From contig NW_022688036.1 of the NCBI RefSeq assembly GCF_011630105.1, positions 40,517 to 55,377 of the forward strand: a stretch of DNA of 14,861 nt, written 5' to 3'. The stretch comes from Anneissia japonica (Eukaryota). Positions within the stretch are counted from its first letter, which is position 1; every line of letters begins with the position of its first letter. This document shows positions 1 through 8,737 of the stretch, in pieces. A model generated the notes under the pieces. The model worked only from the letters and a program-made list of their open reading frames with translations, searched no databases and had not been told where the DNA came from. Both the position numbers and the translations under genes were made by a program.

Positions 1-281
1 TTTACATACATGGCGAACATCATAACCACTTGCCTTTGAAGTATTGTTGAGATTCAAATGCCAGATAGGATCTAAGTTCCTTTCTTTCTTTTAACATGTT
101 TGACAGCATTATTTTAATATAGCACTATTATACCACATGACCAAACTGCCAGAGATCTATAAGATACGTCCTCTTCTGTGCGTTATTTGGAGTTTGCTTG
201 ATCGCGAATGATATGTAAGGTGATTAGGGGCATGGTAAAAATCCAGAAACAGCAAGCAGAATAAAGCAATATTATTCATAT

Positions 282-507
282 ATGTTGAACGTAGCCCTCA
301 GTGTTCTTAATATTCAATTCACAGATGTACCTGTTGTGCTTGATGCAGGCTCATTGACACTAAAAGCTGGCTTGGCTGGGGAAGCATTTCCCACTATGGA
401 GGTACCCAGTGTTATAGGGCGCCCTCGTCATCAAGGAGTGATGGTGGGCATGGGCCAGAAGGACGCATATGTTGGAGCCGAAGCAGTTGGAAGTTTTGGA
501 CTTCTTA
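282..507 (+). CDS. Actin-homologous exon-like ORF segment (ATG at 282, 75 codons + 1 nt) ending at a GTAAGT donor. Either a 5' coding exon or an actin-derived pseudogene fragment.
   Basis: Translation: ...[62 protein letters not shown]. It aligns residue for residue with the actin N-terminus (..[57 protein letters not shown]), and the [16 protein letters not shown] block is identical. The open frame stops being actin-like right after a consensus donor gtaagtat at 508-515. The exon ends in phase 1. Confidence 0.5.
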
Positions 508-1039
508 GTAAGTATTATGCAAAAGCAATAGTACACTCTTTCTTTAGTTCTACAGTATTAGTACCAAGGCTCTGTAACAAATATATGATTTGCCCATATA
601 TGGACTAAATAATAGTGCATCACACCTATATTTGGGCATCACACCAATGTTTAAGAAATTCACAGGTAGCTGTCACATTTATCTTAATAGTATATACAGA
701 CTGTTTGCTGTAGTGTATAAGTTTATTATTTTTTAGCAACAATTAGCAATGTTTGGCCATATTTTGACTAATAAAGATATAGAGTTTGATCAAATTTTTT
801 TTTAAAAAACAATCAGAAACTAAAGTCTCTTTAGAAATGTTTTAGAGTCTAACATATAATGACATAGTGGATATGACTCAGAAGACATTACAAAGTATAT
901 TATGAATTGTTTAAGTACAGTAGAAATTAATATATGCATTTTGGAGAAAAACATCTATGTATATACACCTTATTTACCAGATTATTGATCCCACTAATTC
1001 AGAAAAATAATGCTGCTAAATGGCGATTGGATTTCACTA

Positions 1040-1120
1040 AGTACAAGCTCGGTAGTCTAGTGTTATGGCACCAGGCTAGTTATCTGGAGGTTGTGGGTTC
1101 GATTTCCACCCGAATCACTT
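1040..1120 (+). mobile_element. tRNA-derived pol III element (SINE or tRNA pseudogene). The anticodon-arm-like hairpin CCAGG-CTAGTTA-TCTGG gives AGT (Thr-like).
   Basis: Box-A-like TAGTCTAGTG and a perfect box-B/T-arm GGGTTCGATTTCCACCC are present. The D-arm and acceptor stems do not close, so this is probably not a functional tRNA. The downstream sequence to about 1300 carries an internal AGTATTCGG duplication and is a plausible SINE body. Confidence 0.45.
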
Positions 1121-1805
1121 TTATCAAGTATTCGGAAATGTACAGTACTGAGTATTCGGTACGATAACACGCCAGGTAGGGCAAAACATCACTCGTATGA
1201 TATTTTCATGAAGTAAACTCGCATCGAAATAAGAGTGCATGTATTCAAATATATTGTACAGTGAATAACGTTTCAAATATTTTTCTATAGAATCAAGAAA
1301 AGTAAAAGGCAAGACTACAAAAAGTAGGTAACACAGTTGAAGCGACAGTGATATTGATTATTTTTTATAATGTCTCATGTGCAATATTCACAAACATTCA
1401 CAATTCATTCTCCTGATAGGGATCCAGGGCTTGTAATTAGCGCCATTTCAGAATGAGAGGCAGCTTAGCACAGTCAGCTTATCTGGTGGTAGCCACTGTG
1501 TGTGTGCGCTGAACCGTGGAAATCTTTAATCAATCAATTCCCTTAGCTGCCTCCCATTGTGTTTCAGCTGGATGGCTGAAATACAAGTTATAATAGCGCA
1601 CCGTCTTTCGTTGAGACGTTTAAACCGTTGGTCCCGTGTGTAATATGGCCCATGTGCACGTTAAAGAATGCAGTACACTCTTTGGAAAAGAGTAGGGGAT
1701 TGTCTCCCGGTGTACAGACCAATTCACCACCAGAAGGACCCCAAAACAAGTCTTCAGAATTCCTGGGTTATCCTTGTTGAGATTCACACCAAAATACTTA
1801 TCTAT

Positions 1806-2420
1806 CTTTTTAGAGCCTTAGTAATTCAGAAACACATTATTATGTGTAGTTGGCTCTGTAAACCATAAGAGTGTTTAATAGCTAATTACTAATTCCAAAA
1901 AAATCTCAAATGGGAGAGGATTCCCCCTCCAAAACCTTGTGCTTTGCATCTCGTGTTATCATGTTAAATTTTGTTCTCGATTTTTTCTCTGGTAAAATAT
2001 TCCTTGCCTTGCCTTTAGTCCACAACATTTACAGCCTATCACCAACTCCTCAGTATAATTTGAGATAAAAATAGACAGTTACACAAGTACCACTTTAGAT
2101 GATTCATTTATGATAAAGATAGTTGAACGTAAAAGTGTAGCTCTCTGCACACAAATGAAGGGTCTGAGAGAACAAAACCCAAACTCTGGAGCCTCCGTTA
2201 ATAGTAGTTAGGAACACTACTTTTACAGACTCAATGTGCTATTTTCATGAATTTTCAAATTTGATCACCTACATTTTTTTTTTTTTTTTTTTTGTGTCAA
2301 TCTTTTTCTTAAATGCAGTATTTAAACCAAGACCAATATTAACAAGTTCTAGTCAACAAGACAAGTTTCAAAGTAAATGGATATATTATTTATTAATAAT
2401 GTTGATGTATGCCAATTTTA
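1806..2420. repeat. Interspersed repeat family R1, copy 1. Segment a spans 1806-1960 and segment b spans 1975-2420, contiguous.
   Basis: Segment a is near-identical to 5065-5195 (…tctgtaaaccataagagtgtttaatagc[t/c]aattactaattccaaaaaaatctcaaat[g/t]ggagaggattccccctccaaaaccttgtgctttgcatctcgtgttatc). Segment b is about 80-85% identical to 4487-4960 (ttctctggtaaaatatt…cacaagtaccac…ctctctgcac…ccaaactctggagcctc…ttttacag[a/t]ctcaatgtgctattttc…gacaagtttcaaagtaaat). Confidence 0.65.
2274..2293. repeat. poly(T) homopolymer (T20) inside R1 copy 1
   Basis: Read directly from the sequence. The equivalent position in R1 copy 2 (about 4787-4800) has only a short T run. Confidence 0.95.
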
Positions 2421-2626
2421 TTTACCATTGCTTTAAATTTTATACATCCAAAATAATTTAAAGGTAACAACAGGGACAATAATAATATTTGACTTAATTG
2501 TAAAGTGTTTTCTCAAAATTTTGTAAATGTTTTCTGTGGATTCTTGTGTATTGTCACAAATAATTGGGTATTTTTGTTAATTTTATTTGTAATTTTATTT
2601 TCTGTTTTGTGAATACTTACCTATAG

Positions 2627-2719
2627 TACATAAATGGGAGTCTTTGGCATCTGCTGAAGCACCAACTATTGATGCAAAGGAAACGGCACCTAGACCTGTA
2701 CTAAAAGCTAAGCCTCTTG
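2627..2719 (+). CDS. Exon E2 (phase 1/1): I-HKWESLASAEAPTIDAKETAPRPVLKAKPL-(G)
   Basis: Acceptor is ttctgttttgtgaatacttacctatag| at 2601-2626 and donor is |gtaagc at 2720. Only one of three frames is open across the 93 nt, and it is the phase-1 frame. That frame is also compatible with the phase-1 end of the 282-507 ORF. Confidence 0.5.
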
Positions 2720-2919
2720 GTAAGCACATTTATGGATTCAGGTACTGGTATATAGATATATAGAAATATTTCACATTAAACCCATCAGTGGTGGATCCAA
2801 GAATTAAAAATAGAGAAGGCCCAGACAGTGACTTTCACAGATAGAGGGTCAAAAACACGTCAGGCCCAACCATGTTGTAAGTACAGTACCTCTATATTGC
2901 CAAAAATGGCATCTCAGAC

Positions 2920-2963
2920 TTAAGTTTAATTAGTTAATAAATTTATTAACTAATTAAACTTAA
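2920..2963. repeat. Perfect 44-bp palindrome ttaagtttaattagttaataaatttattaactaattaaacttaa
   Basis: The reverse complement of 2920-2963 is identical to the sequence itself. It lies inside the segment of about 425 bp that interrupts R2 copy 1. Confidence 0.95.
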
Positions 2964-3108
2964 TAACTAACTCCCAATTCCATAATGTTATAGTTGTAAC
3001 TTTTAGTCAACTGAAGATGATTGGTAACACTTAAATAGTCCAACAGGGGCGGATCCAAAGATATATAAAACAGGAAGTAAAAACACTATCCAGAAAATGT
3101 ATCATATA

Positions 3109-3230
3109 ATTTTTTTTTTTTTCATGTGTTTTTAAAATTTGTATTTTTTTTTTTTTTTTTTTTTTGAACTTTCAAAAAGGAGGTGGGTGAGGGTTTTGGT
3201 CCCCCCCCCCACCCTCAAATCTTCCCCTGT
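3109..3230. repeat. Low-complexity block of poly(T) runs (including T22 at 3144-3165) followed by a C10 tract (3201-3210) and a C-rich motif
   Basis: Read directly from the sequence: ttttttttttttcatgtgtttttaaaatttgtatttttttttttttttttttttttgaac…ggttttggtccccccccccaccctcaaatcttcccc. Confidence 0.9.
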
Positions 3231-4355
3231 CCAAGATGATTTTATAAACAATGAGATTCAAAGTGGCAAACACAGGTTATTTACACTTGTAACAGGCTTG
3301 GAAGGATAATTTCAGTCTCTGAATTTCATTATCGGACCATGAGAATATTGTGTTTGTATTTTTCTTCACAATCTTTTTCTGAAATTCATTTTCCATGTTA
3401 TGTATAGTATCAAAGAATGCCATGAGGCCTCGTACATTTGTAAGGTCACCGAAAACCATTTCATTTGAAGGTCAATTGATCTTTTCAGAGCCTTAGTAAT
3501 TCAGAAACACATTGAGTATCAACAAATACAATAAAGAGCTTTAAACAATAGAAAAATGAGAGTCTTGCATAGCCATTTATAATCTCAAAAAAAAACAAAC
3601 CAAGCTCTGAAGACTCAAACAATCATGGATTACCGAACCACAAAGGAACTTTCTAAATATCCAGACAACACCATTTTGCCCTTGACAGAAAGAGATGATG
3701 TTTAATTACGGGTGTTTTCAATTTGAGGAACACCTGTAGACACAGTTTCTTGCGGGATGTTTAGTAGATACGTATGTATATGTGGCGGAGTCAAGCCAAA
3801 CTGTCACTTCTCGCAAAAATTCAGTAAAACAGTAAAATGAGTGTTTTAAAAAAGAATCATTCAAATCTGAAATTTTCTAAGTTACAGGACTTTTTAAACC
3901 TACAGCAGTTTAAAGAACAGTATTTACGAAATCAGCCTTTAAAAGTTACAAAATCAGCCTTCAGACCAAAACCATCACCAAATCGTTAAAAATTATTGTT
4001 TTAAATTTGAAAATCTGGAACTAAAAACATAGCACGATGCATAGCAATAAAGATAGTACAAGTGACATAAAAAAATAATGTGAATAATATCATGTTTCAT
4101 TAAAGTGCTATTTTTGTTTTGATAAACAGATAACTAAATTTTTATATATTTGTATGTTAAGTAGAAAAAATAACATATTGTGAATACTTATATAGATCTA
4201 GATGAACTGACATAGGTCAATTTTCCTCCAAAAATATTTCAGTACTTTTCCCTAGAGCAGCTGATAAACCACAATTGATTTGTGCAACTAGATTTTAACA
4301 TGATTCAAACAGTTTATTATAAAGGTATTATACTTTTTAATAATATTTTTTGTAG

Positions 4356-4418
4356 GAAGATCACTTAAGAAAGCACATTCACCACCACCAGCATCACCCA
4401 GCAAAGTGTCTGACTCAG
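4356..4418 (+). CDS. Exon E3 (phase 1/1): (G)-RSLKKAHSPPPASPSKVSDS-(G)
   Basis: Acceptor is taatattttttgtag| and donor is |gtataagt at 4419. The exon is 63 nt and the phase-1 frame is open. The basic Ser/Pro composition continues that of E2. Confidence 0.5.
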
Positions 4419-4486
4419 GTATAAGTTACTGTATCTTTGTGTCGTATTCTGTGCATTCAGTATGTATCGAATAATTGTTTTATTCT

Positions 4487-4960
4487 CTTGTTTTCTCTGG
4501 TAAAATATTTCTCGCCTTGCATTTGGTCCACATCCTTCACAGCCTATCTCCAACTCCACAGTATTCCTTGAGGTAAAAATGGACAGATACACAAGTACCA
4601 CCTAGCATTCATTTGTGATAAAACCAGTTGATGTAAACCATAAAATTGTAGCTCTCTGCACTCAAGTAAAGGGTATGGGAGAATAAAATCCAAACTCTGG
4701 AGCCTCTGTTAATAGTACTTGGGAATACTACTTTTACAGTCTCAATGTGCTATTTTCCAGGAATTTTCAAATTTGATTACCTACATTTTTTCATTTTTGT
4801 GTCAATTTTTTTTTTAATTCAATTGCAAATTTTAGTGAGGGTGTATTGCCACTTAATACTAGATCAAAACTAAAAATAAGAAGTTCAATGAAAACTCGTT
4901 TAGACAAGTTTCAAAGTAAATTGATTTATTGATTATTAATATTGATGTATTCTCAATGGT
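4487..4960. repeat. R1 copy 2, segment b
   Basis: Collinear and about 80-85% identical with 1975-2420. Here segment b comes before segment a (5040-5195), the reverse of the order in copy 1. Confidence 0.65.
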
Positions 4961-5039
4961 GGATCCAGGTTGTTAATATGGTAGCTAGGCACCCCCACCT
5001 CCCCCACCCCATTTTTCGGTAATGCAGTGAAAAAAAATC

Positions 5040-5195
5040 TTGTATGTGTGCATCTCGTGTATATATGTTATGTGTAGTAGTCTCTGTAAACCATAAGAGT
5101 GTTTAATAGCCAATTACTAATTCCAAAAAAATCTCAAATTGGAGAGGATTCCCCCTCCAAAACCTTGTGCTTTGCATCTCGTGTTATCCACACCC
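5040..5195. repeat. R1 copy 2, segment a
   Basis: Near-identical to 1840-1960. A C-homopolymer tract follows at 5197-5211. Confidence 0.65.
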
Positions 5196-5255
5196 CCCCC
5201 CCCCACATTACTAGATCCTAGATCTGCAACTGGTAAAATCTTTAAACAATTGTTT

Positions 5256-5470
5256 CACAGATAGAGGGTCCAAAACTTGTAACAGGCTTAGAAGGATGAT
5301 TTCAGGCTCTGAATTTCATTATCAGACCATGAGAATGATGTGTTTATATTATTCTTCACAATCTTTTTCTGAAATTCATTTTTCATGTAATGTGTAGTAT
5401 TGAGGGATGCCATGAGGTCACGTGGACTAACTAGGTCACCGAGTACCAGTTCTGTTGAAGGTAAATTGAT
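5256..5470. repeat. R2 copy 2 (uninterrupted)
   Basis: About 85% identical to the two halves of copy 1 (2836-2860 and 3286-3480). Confidence 0.55.
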
Positions 5471-6151
5471 ATTTTGATTTAACTAGTTAACTTTAATTTG
5501 AATGTGGGAGGCTTCTTTAACAAGAAATTGGTTTTTTGGCGATTTGAAGACAATGTTCAGTGTAATTTTAATGACATCATGAAGGCCATTAAAAAATTGC
5601 AGCTATATTTATTTACCATCACTTTACATTTACATCTTTTTTTTGGGAAAAAATTTATGCATTTGGGTACTGTTAAGATTTTTTTTTTTTCTTACCTTCG
5701 AAGTCCTCCCTTACTCCCCCCTCCCCCCCTCCCCCCCAAATTATTTGTAAAAGTTATAAACAGCATTGGAGACAAAAAAAGAAAATCAGAGCTGTAAAAA
5801 GTTTTTTTTTTTTTTTATTAAGGTCTAGTTTTGCTAAAATAGTTGCTAGCCCTTATATCAGCTATTAAATATTGGATGTAGTTGTAATGTATTTTTTGCT
5901 AGCCCAGCCCTATAATTCTCAAGTCCCTGACACAGGACCACCAATGTTTACAGCCCTACAGTGAGTGTGTGTATGTTACGCTTTTTGTAAACAGGCAAAC
6001 AGGACTTTCTGGCGTCTGTTTGTTACAGATTTTCTTAACCATGTCAAACTTGACGTTGTGCCCTATTTATTGATTTTCTATTTGATTTTCTAGTTGTTGT
6101 TGTTGATTGAAATGAGCTATAAAATATAGCTCAAAAAATAGCCTAGGGTAA

Positions 6152-6174
6152 TTTTTTTTTTTTTTTTTTTTTTT
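6152..6174. repeat. poly(T) homopolymer (T23)
   Basis: Read directly from the sequence. It is absent from the equivalent position in unit B (about 8160-8200). Confidence 0.95.
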
Positions 6175-6625
6175 GCTATAAATAGTTACTATAAAGTTTA
6201 ATATTTGACTATAATCATGTCCCAAAGTCTTATTTCTGAAAATGGTCAATGAACCAGTTTTTTTTTTGTTTTTTTGTTTGGTTATTCGATTAAAGAATGC
6301 GCATATAAATTGAATTTGAATTTTATTACAGCTTCAAAGCATAATTGTTCTAATGTGAGAATTTTATAGCAAATGGTTCACCTACCAGCCACACCAACAT
6401 TAAACTATTTATTATTAACTATAATAATGGAGTGGCTAAATCCTGTTTTATTTACAAATTACTCTCGCACTGTGAGTCGGAGATGATGAGCTTAGGATGT
6501 TAACACTTTAAACAGGTTTAGTAGGAATCAATTCACGTATTAATTACTATCGAACCACATATGCCATGTTTACATCAATTAAATTTTTCTATCAAGTGTT
6601 TTTGGTTTTTTTTTCTGAAATTCAG

Positions 6626-6724
6626 CTAATGCTGCACAGTTGTCAACTGAATTTGGGGGTTTTGCAGCGCAAGATTTTGTAGGGTTTTCATCGACACCTG
6701 TTGCGGAAGGAGGAAGGCTATTTG
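6626..6724 (+). CDS. Exon E4, FG-repeat cassette type 1 (phase 1/1): (A)-NAAQLSTEFGGFAAQDFVGFSSTPVAEGGRLF-(G)
   Basis: Acceptor is gtttttttttctgaaattcag| and donor is |gtaaatcaatctattgatataa. The exon is 99 nt. Exactly one frame is stop-free, and it is the phase-1 frame. FGGF and FVGF motifs are present. Confidence 0.7.
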
Positions 6725-7073
6725 GTAAATCAATCTATTGATATAATTCCTTCTTTATCTGGTAAATTTATCTGGTTAAATGTTTTTGTCACAGCCTTTG
6801 AAAGAGATCAATAATACTGTAGATTTTTTTTTATTTTATGTTTTTTTATAATATTATTAGTAATTTAAATTCTGTCTATTTTACCAGTGGGCTCGTTATT
6901 CCATCAATTTATATTAAGTTTTGCTCTGTAAGTCAAAGGTGATGAGTTTAGGGTGTTAACACTTTGAACAGGTTTAGTAGGATGAATTCATGCTTCGTAT
7001 TAATTACCATCAAACCATATGCCATGTATACATCATTTTAATTTTTCTATCAATTTTTTTTGCTGAAATTCAG

Positions 7074-7172
7074 GTGTGTCCAGTGATAGTTTACAATCAT
7101 CAACTTCATTTGGGAGTTCTGCTGCACAAACTTTTGGAGGGTTTTTATCAGCACCATTTGGACAGCCACTTG
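7074..7172 (+). CDS. Exon E5, FG-repeat cassette type 2 (phase 1/1): (G)-VSSDSLQSSTSFGSSAAQTFGGFLSAPFGQPL-(G)
   Basis: Acceptor is ttttttttgctgaaattcag| and donor is |gtaaatcaatctattgatataa. The exon is 99 nt. It carries SFG, TFGGF and PFG motifs. Its central part is about 75% identical at nucleotide level to E4, and its flanking introns are about 85% identical to those of E4. Confidence 0.7.
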
Positions 7173-7388
7173 GTAAATCAATCTATTGATATAACTTGAT
7201 GTTGTAAATTAAAATTTATGTGTTTGAGTTAACAAAAATTCACATTTAATTATTGTATATTAAGTATAGACTATGCAATATTACATGTATACAAATTTTC
7301 AAAGGTAAAATAGTAACTAGACTGGATTTCATTAGTATTTATTGATACTTATTTATAATTATATTATCTATTTTGTGACTATTTATAG

Positions 7389-7481
7389 TACCTACAGTGG
7401 AGAAGTCAGAGGCTTTTGAGGGAGCGCAAACTGTTAACTCAAGTACACTGGCTCAAATTGAACTAATATTAGAGGCTCAAG
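7389..7481 (+). CDS. Exon E6 (phase 1/1): (V)-PTVEKSEAFEGAQTVNSSTLAQIELILEAQ-(G)
   Basis: Acceptor is ttgtgactatttatag|. An alternative AG 9 nt downstream at 7397 gives the same frame. Donor is |gtagtg at 7482. The exon is 93 nt and only the phase-1 frame is open. Confidence 0.55.
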
Positions 7482-8638
7482 GTAGTGTTAAGATTTCTTT
7501 TTTTCTTCACCTGCAAAGTCTTTCCTTATTTAGGCTGGTGTCGCCACCTTAGCAGGATTCAAGGAGAAGCCTCCCTGCTCCCATCCCCTTCTCTTCCCCC
7601 CAATTTTTTTGTAAAAGTTATAAAAGAAATGGAGAAAAAAACTTATTATATCCAAGTTTAGGAGGGACCATAATCATAAGTTTTCTGACCTCAGTCCCAC
7701 TATGGTTGGGCAGTCCCTCCGTCTGTGGGAGTCCCTCCCTGGGGCCCCCTCTTTCGACTTCCTGGCACCAATCATAAAGCAAATTATCGATGCGATGTTG
7801 GTTTTGGTTTTGCATTCTAGTATTCTGTGAGTCAAGGTTCATGGTATAATTTCATGGCCGTTTCCTTTCGTTGTTGTCAAGCTCCTCAGGTTGATTCAAT
7901 TGCAAATTAGTATTACTTATTATTATTATTGGTTCTTATATAGGAACCAATGCGATCAAGTGAGTATGTTTGTATTTTATGCTGTTTGTAAACAGGCAAA
8001 CATGACTTTAAAGGCGTCGGTTAGTTTGATTTTCTTATCCATGCTAAACGAATATGACGCTGTGCCCTGTTTATTGATTTTCTATTTTGACAAATATAAA
8101 AGGCATAACAAATGACAGACAATACCCACCCCCCCCCCACTCCTGACAAGACTAGTAAAATGTAGAATTGTTGATGACAGTAATAATATTAATAGTTACT
8201 ATAAAGTTTAATATTTGACTATAATCATGTCCCAAAGTCTTATTTCTGAAAATGGTCAATAAACCAGTTTTTTTTTTGTTTTTTTGTTTGGTTATTCCAT
8301 TAAAGAATGCGCATATAAATTGAATTTGAATTTTATTACAGCTTCAAAGCATAATTGTTCTATTGTGAGAATTTTATAGCAAATGGTTCACCTACCAGCC
8401 ACACCAACATTAAACTATTTATTATTAACTATAATAATGGAGTGGCTAAATCCTGTTCTATTTACAAATGACTCTCGCACTGTGAGTCGGAATTTAATGA
8501 TGAGCTTAGGATGTTAACACTTTAAACAGGTTTAGTAGGAATCAATTCACGTATTAATTACTATCGAACCACATATGCCATGTTTACATCAATTAAATTT
8601 TTCTATCAAGTGTTTTTGGTTTTTTTTCTGAAATTCAG

Positions 8639-8737
8639 CTAATGCTGCACAGTTGTCAACTGGATTTGTGGGTTCTACAGCGCAAGATTTTGGAGGGTTT
8701 TCATCGACACCTGTTGCAGAAGGAGGAAGGCTATATG
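8639..8737 (+). CDS. Exon E7, FG cassette type 1 paralogue of E4 (phase 1/1): (A)-NAAQLSTGFVGSTAQDFGGFSSTPVAEGGRLY-(G)
   Basis: Splice-site context is identical to E4. There are 6 differences in 99 nt versus E4, and 5 of them change the amino acid. Confidence 0.7.

Larger units (their letters stand above)
2836..3480. repeat. Interspersed repeat family R2, copy 1, split by an insertion of about 425 bp (about 2861-3285).
   Basis: 2836-2860 (cacagatagagggtcaaaaac) and 3286-3480 (cttgtaacaggcttggaaggataatttcag[t/g]ctctgaatttcattatc[g/a]gaccatgagaat…caatctttttctgaaattcatttt…gccatgagg…) are collinear with 5256-5470, where the two parts are adjacent. Confidence 0.55.
5640..7489 (+). repeat. Tandem duplication unit A (about 1.85-2.0 kb). 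It contains FG exons E4 and E5 and exon E6.
   Basis: Collinear with unit B: 5690-5760 matches 7500-7640 (C-rich tract plus tttgtaaaagttataaa), 5950-6060 matches 7960-8090, and 6181-7330 matches 8203-9320 at about 97-98% identity with a constant offset of about 2011-2022 bp. Confidence 0.85.

Noticed and set aside
3590-3720. 33-codon open stretch QALKTQTIMDYRTTKELSKYPDNTILPLTERDDV
   Set aside because: It has no AG/GT boundaries in a compatible phase and no polypyrimidine tract, and it lies inside R2/R1-associated sequence, so it is probably a chance open frame.
5498-5797. ORF 5498-5797 (99 aa) with PPLLPPPPLPPKL
   Set aside because: It is open only because it crosses T- and C-homopolymer tracts at the unit-A boundary. 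It has no splice signals, does not fit the phase-1 pattern, and its low-complexity translation comes from homopolymers.
5882-5939. Candidate exon with strong GTGAGT donor (…ccctaca|gtgagtgtg), translating to QPYNSQVPDTGPPMFTAL
   Set aside because: Its length is 58 nt, which does not fit the phase-1/1 pattern for any nearby AG. The homologous position in unit B (7940-7960) also has gtgagt but a different non-coding upstream. This is more likely part of the repeat unit than an exon.
6990-7199. Six-frame ORFs 6990-7199, 8642-8827 and 9003-9212 (69, 61 and 69 aa, MLRINYHQTICHVYIIL...)
   Set aside because: They run in a non-coding frame straight through intron, exon and intron of the FG cassettes, and they are duplicated only because the cassette is duplicated. 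The splice-bounded phase-1 frame encoding FG repeats is the only one consistent across all exons.
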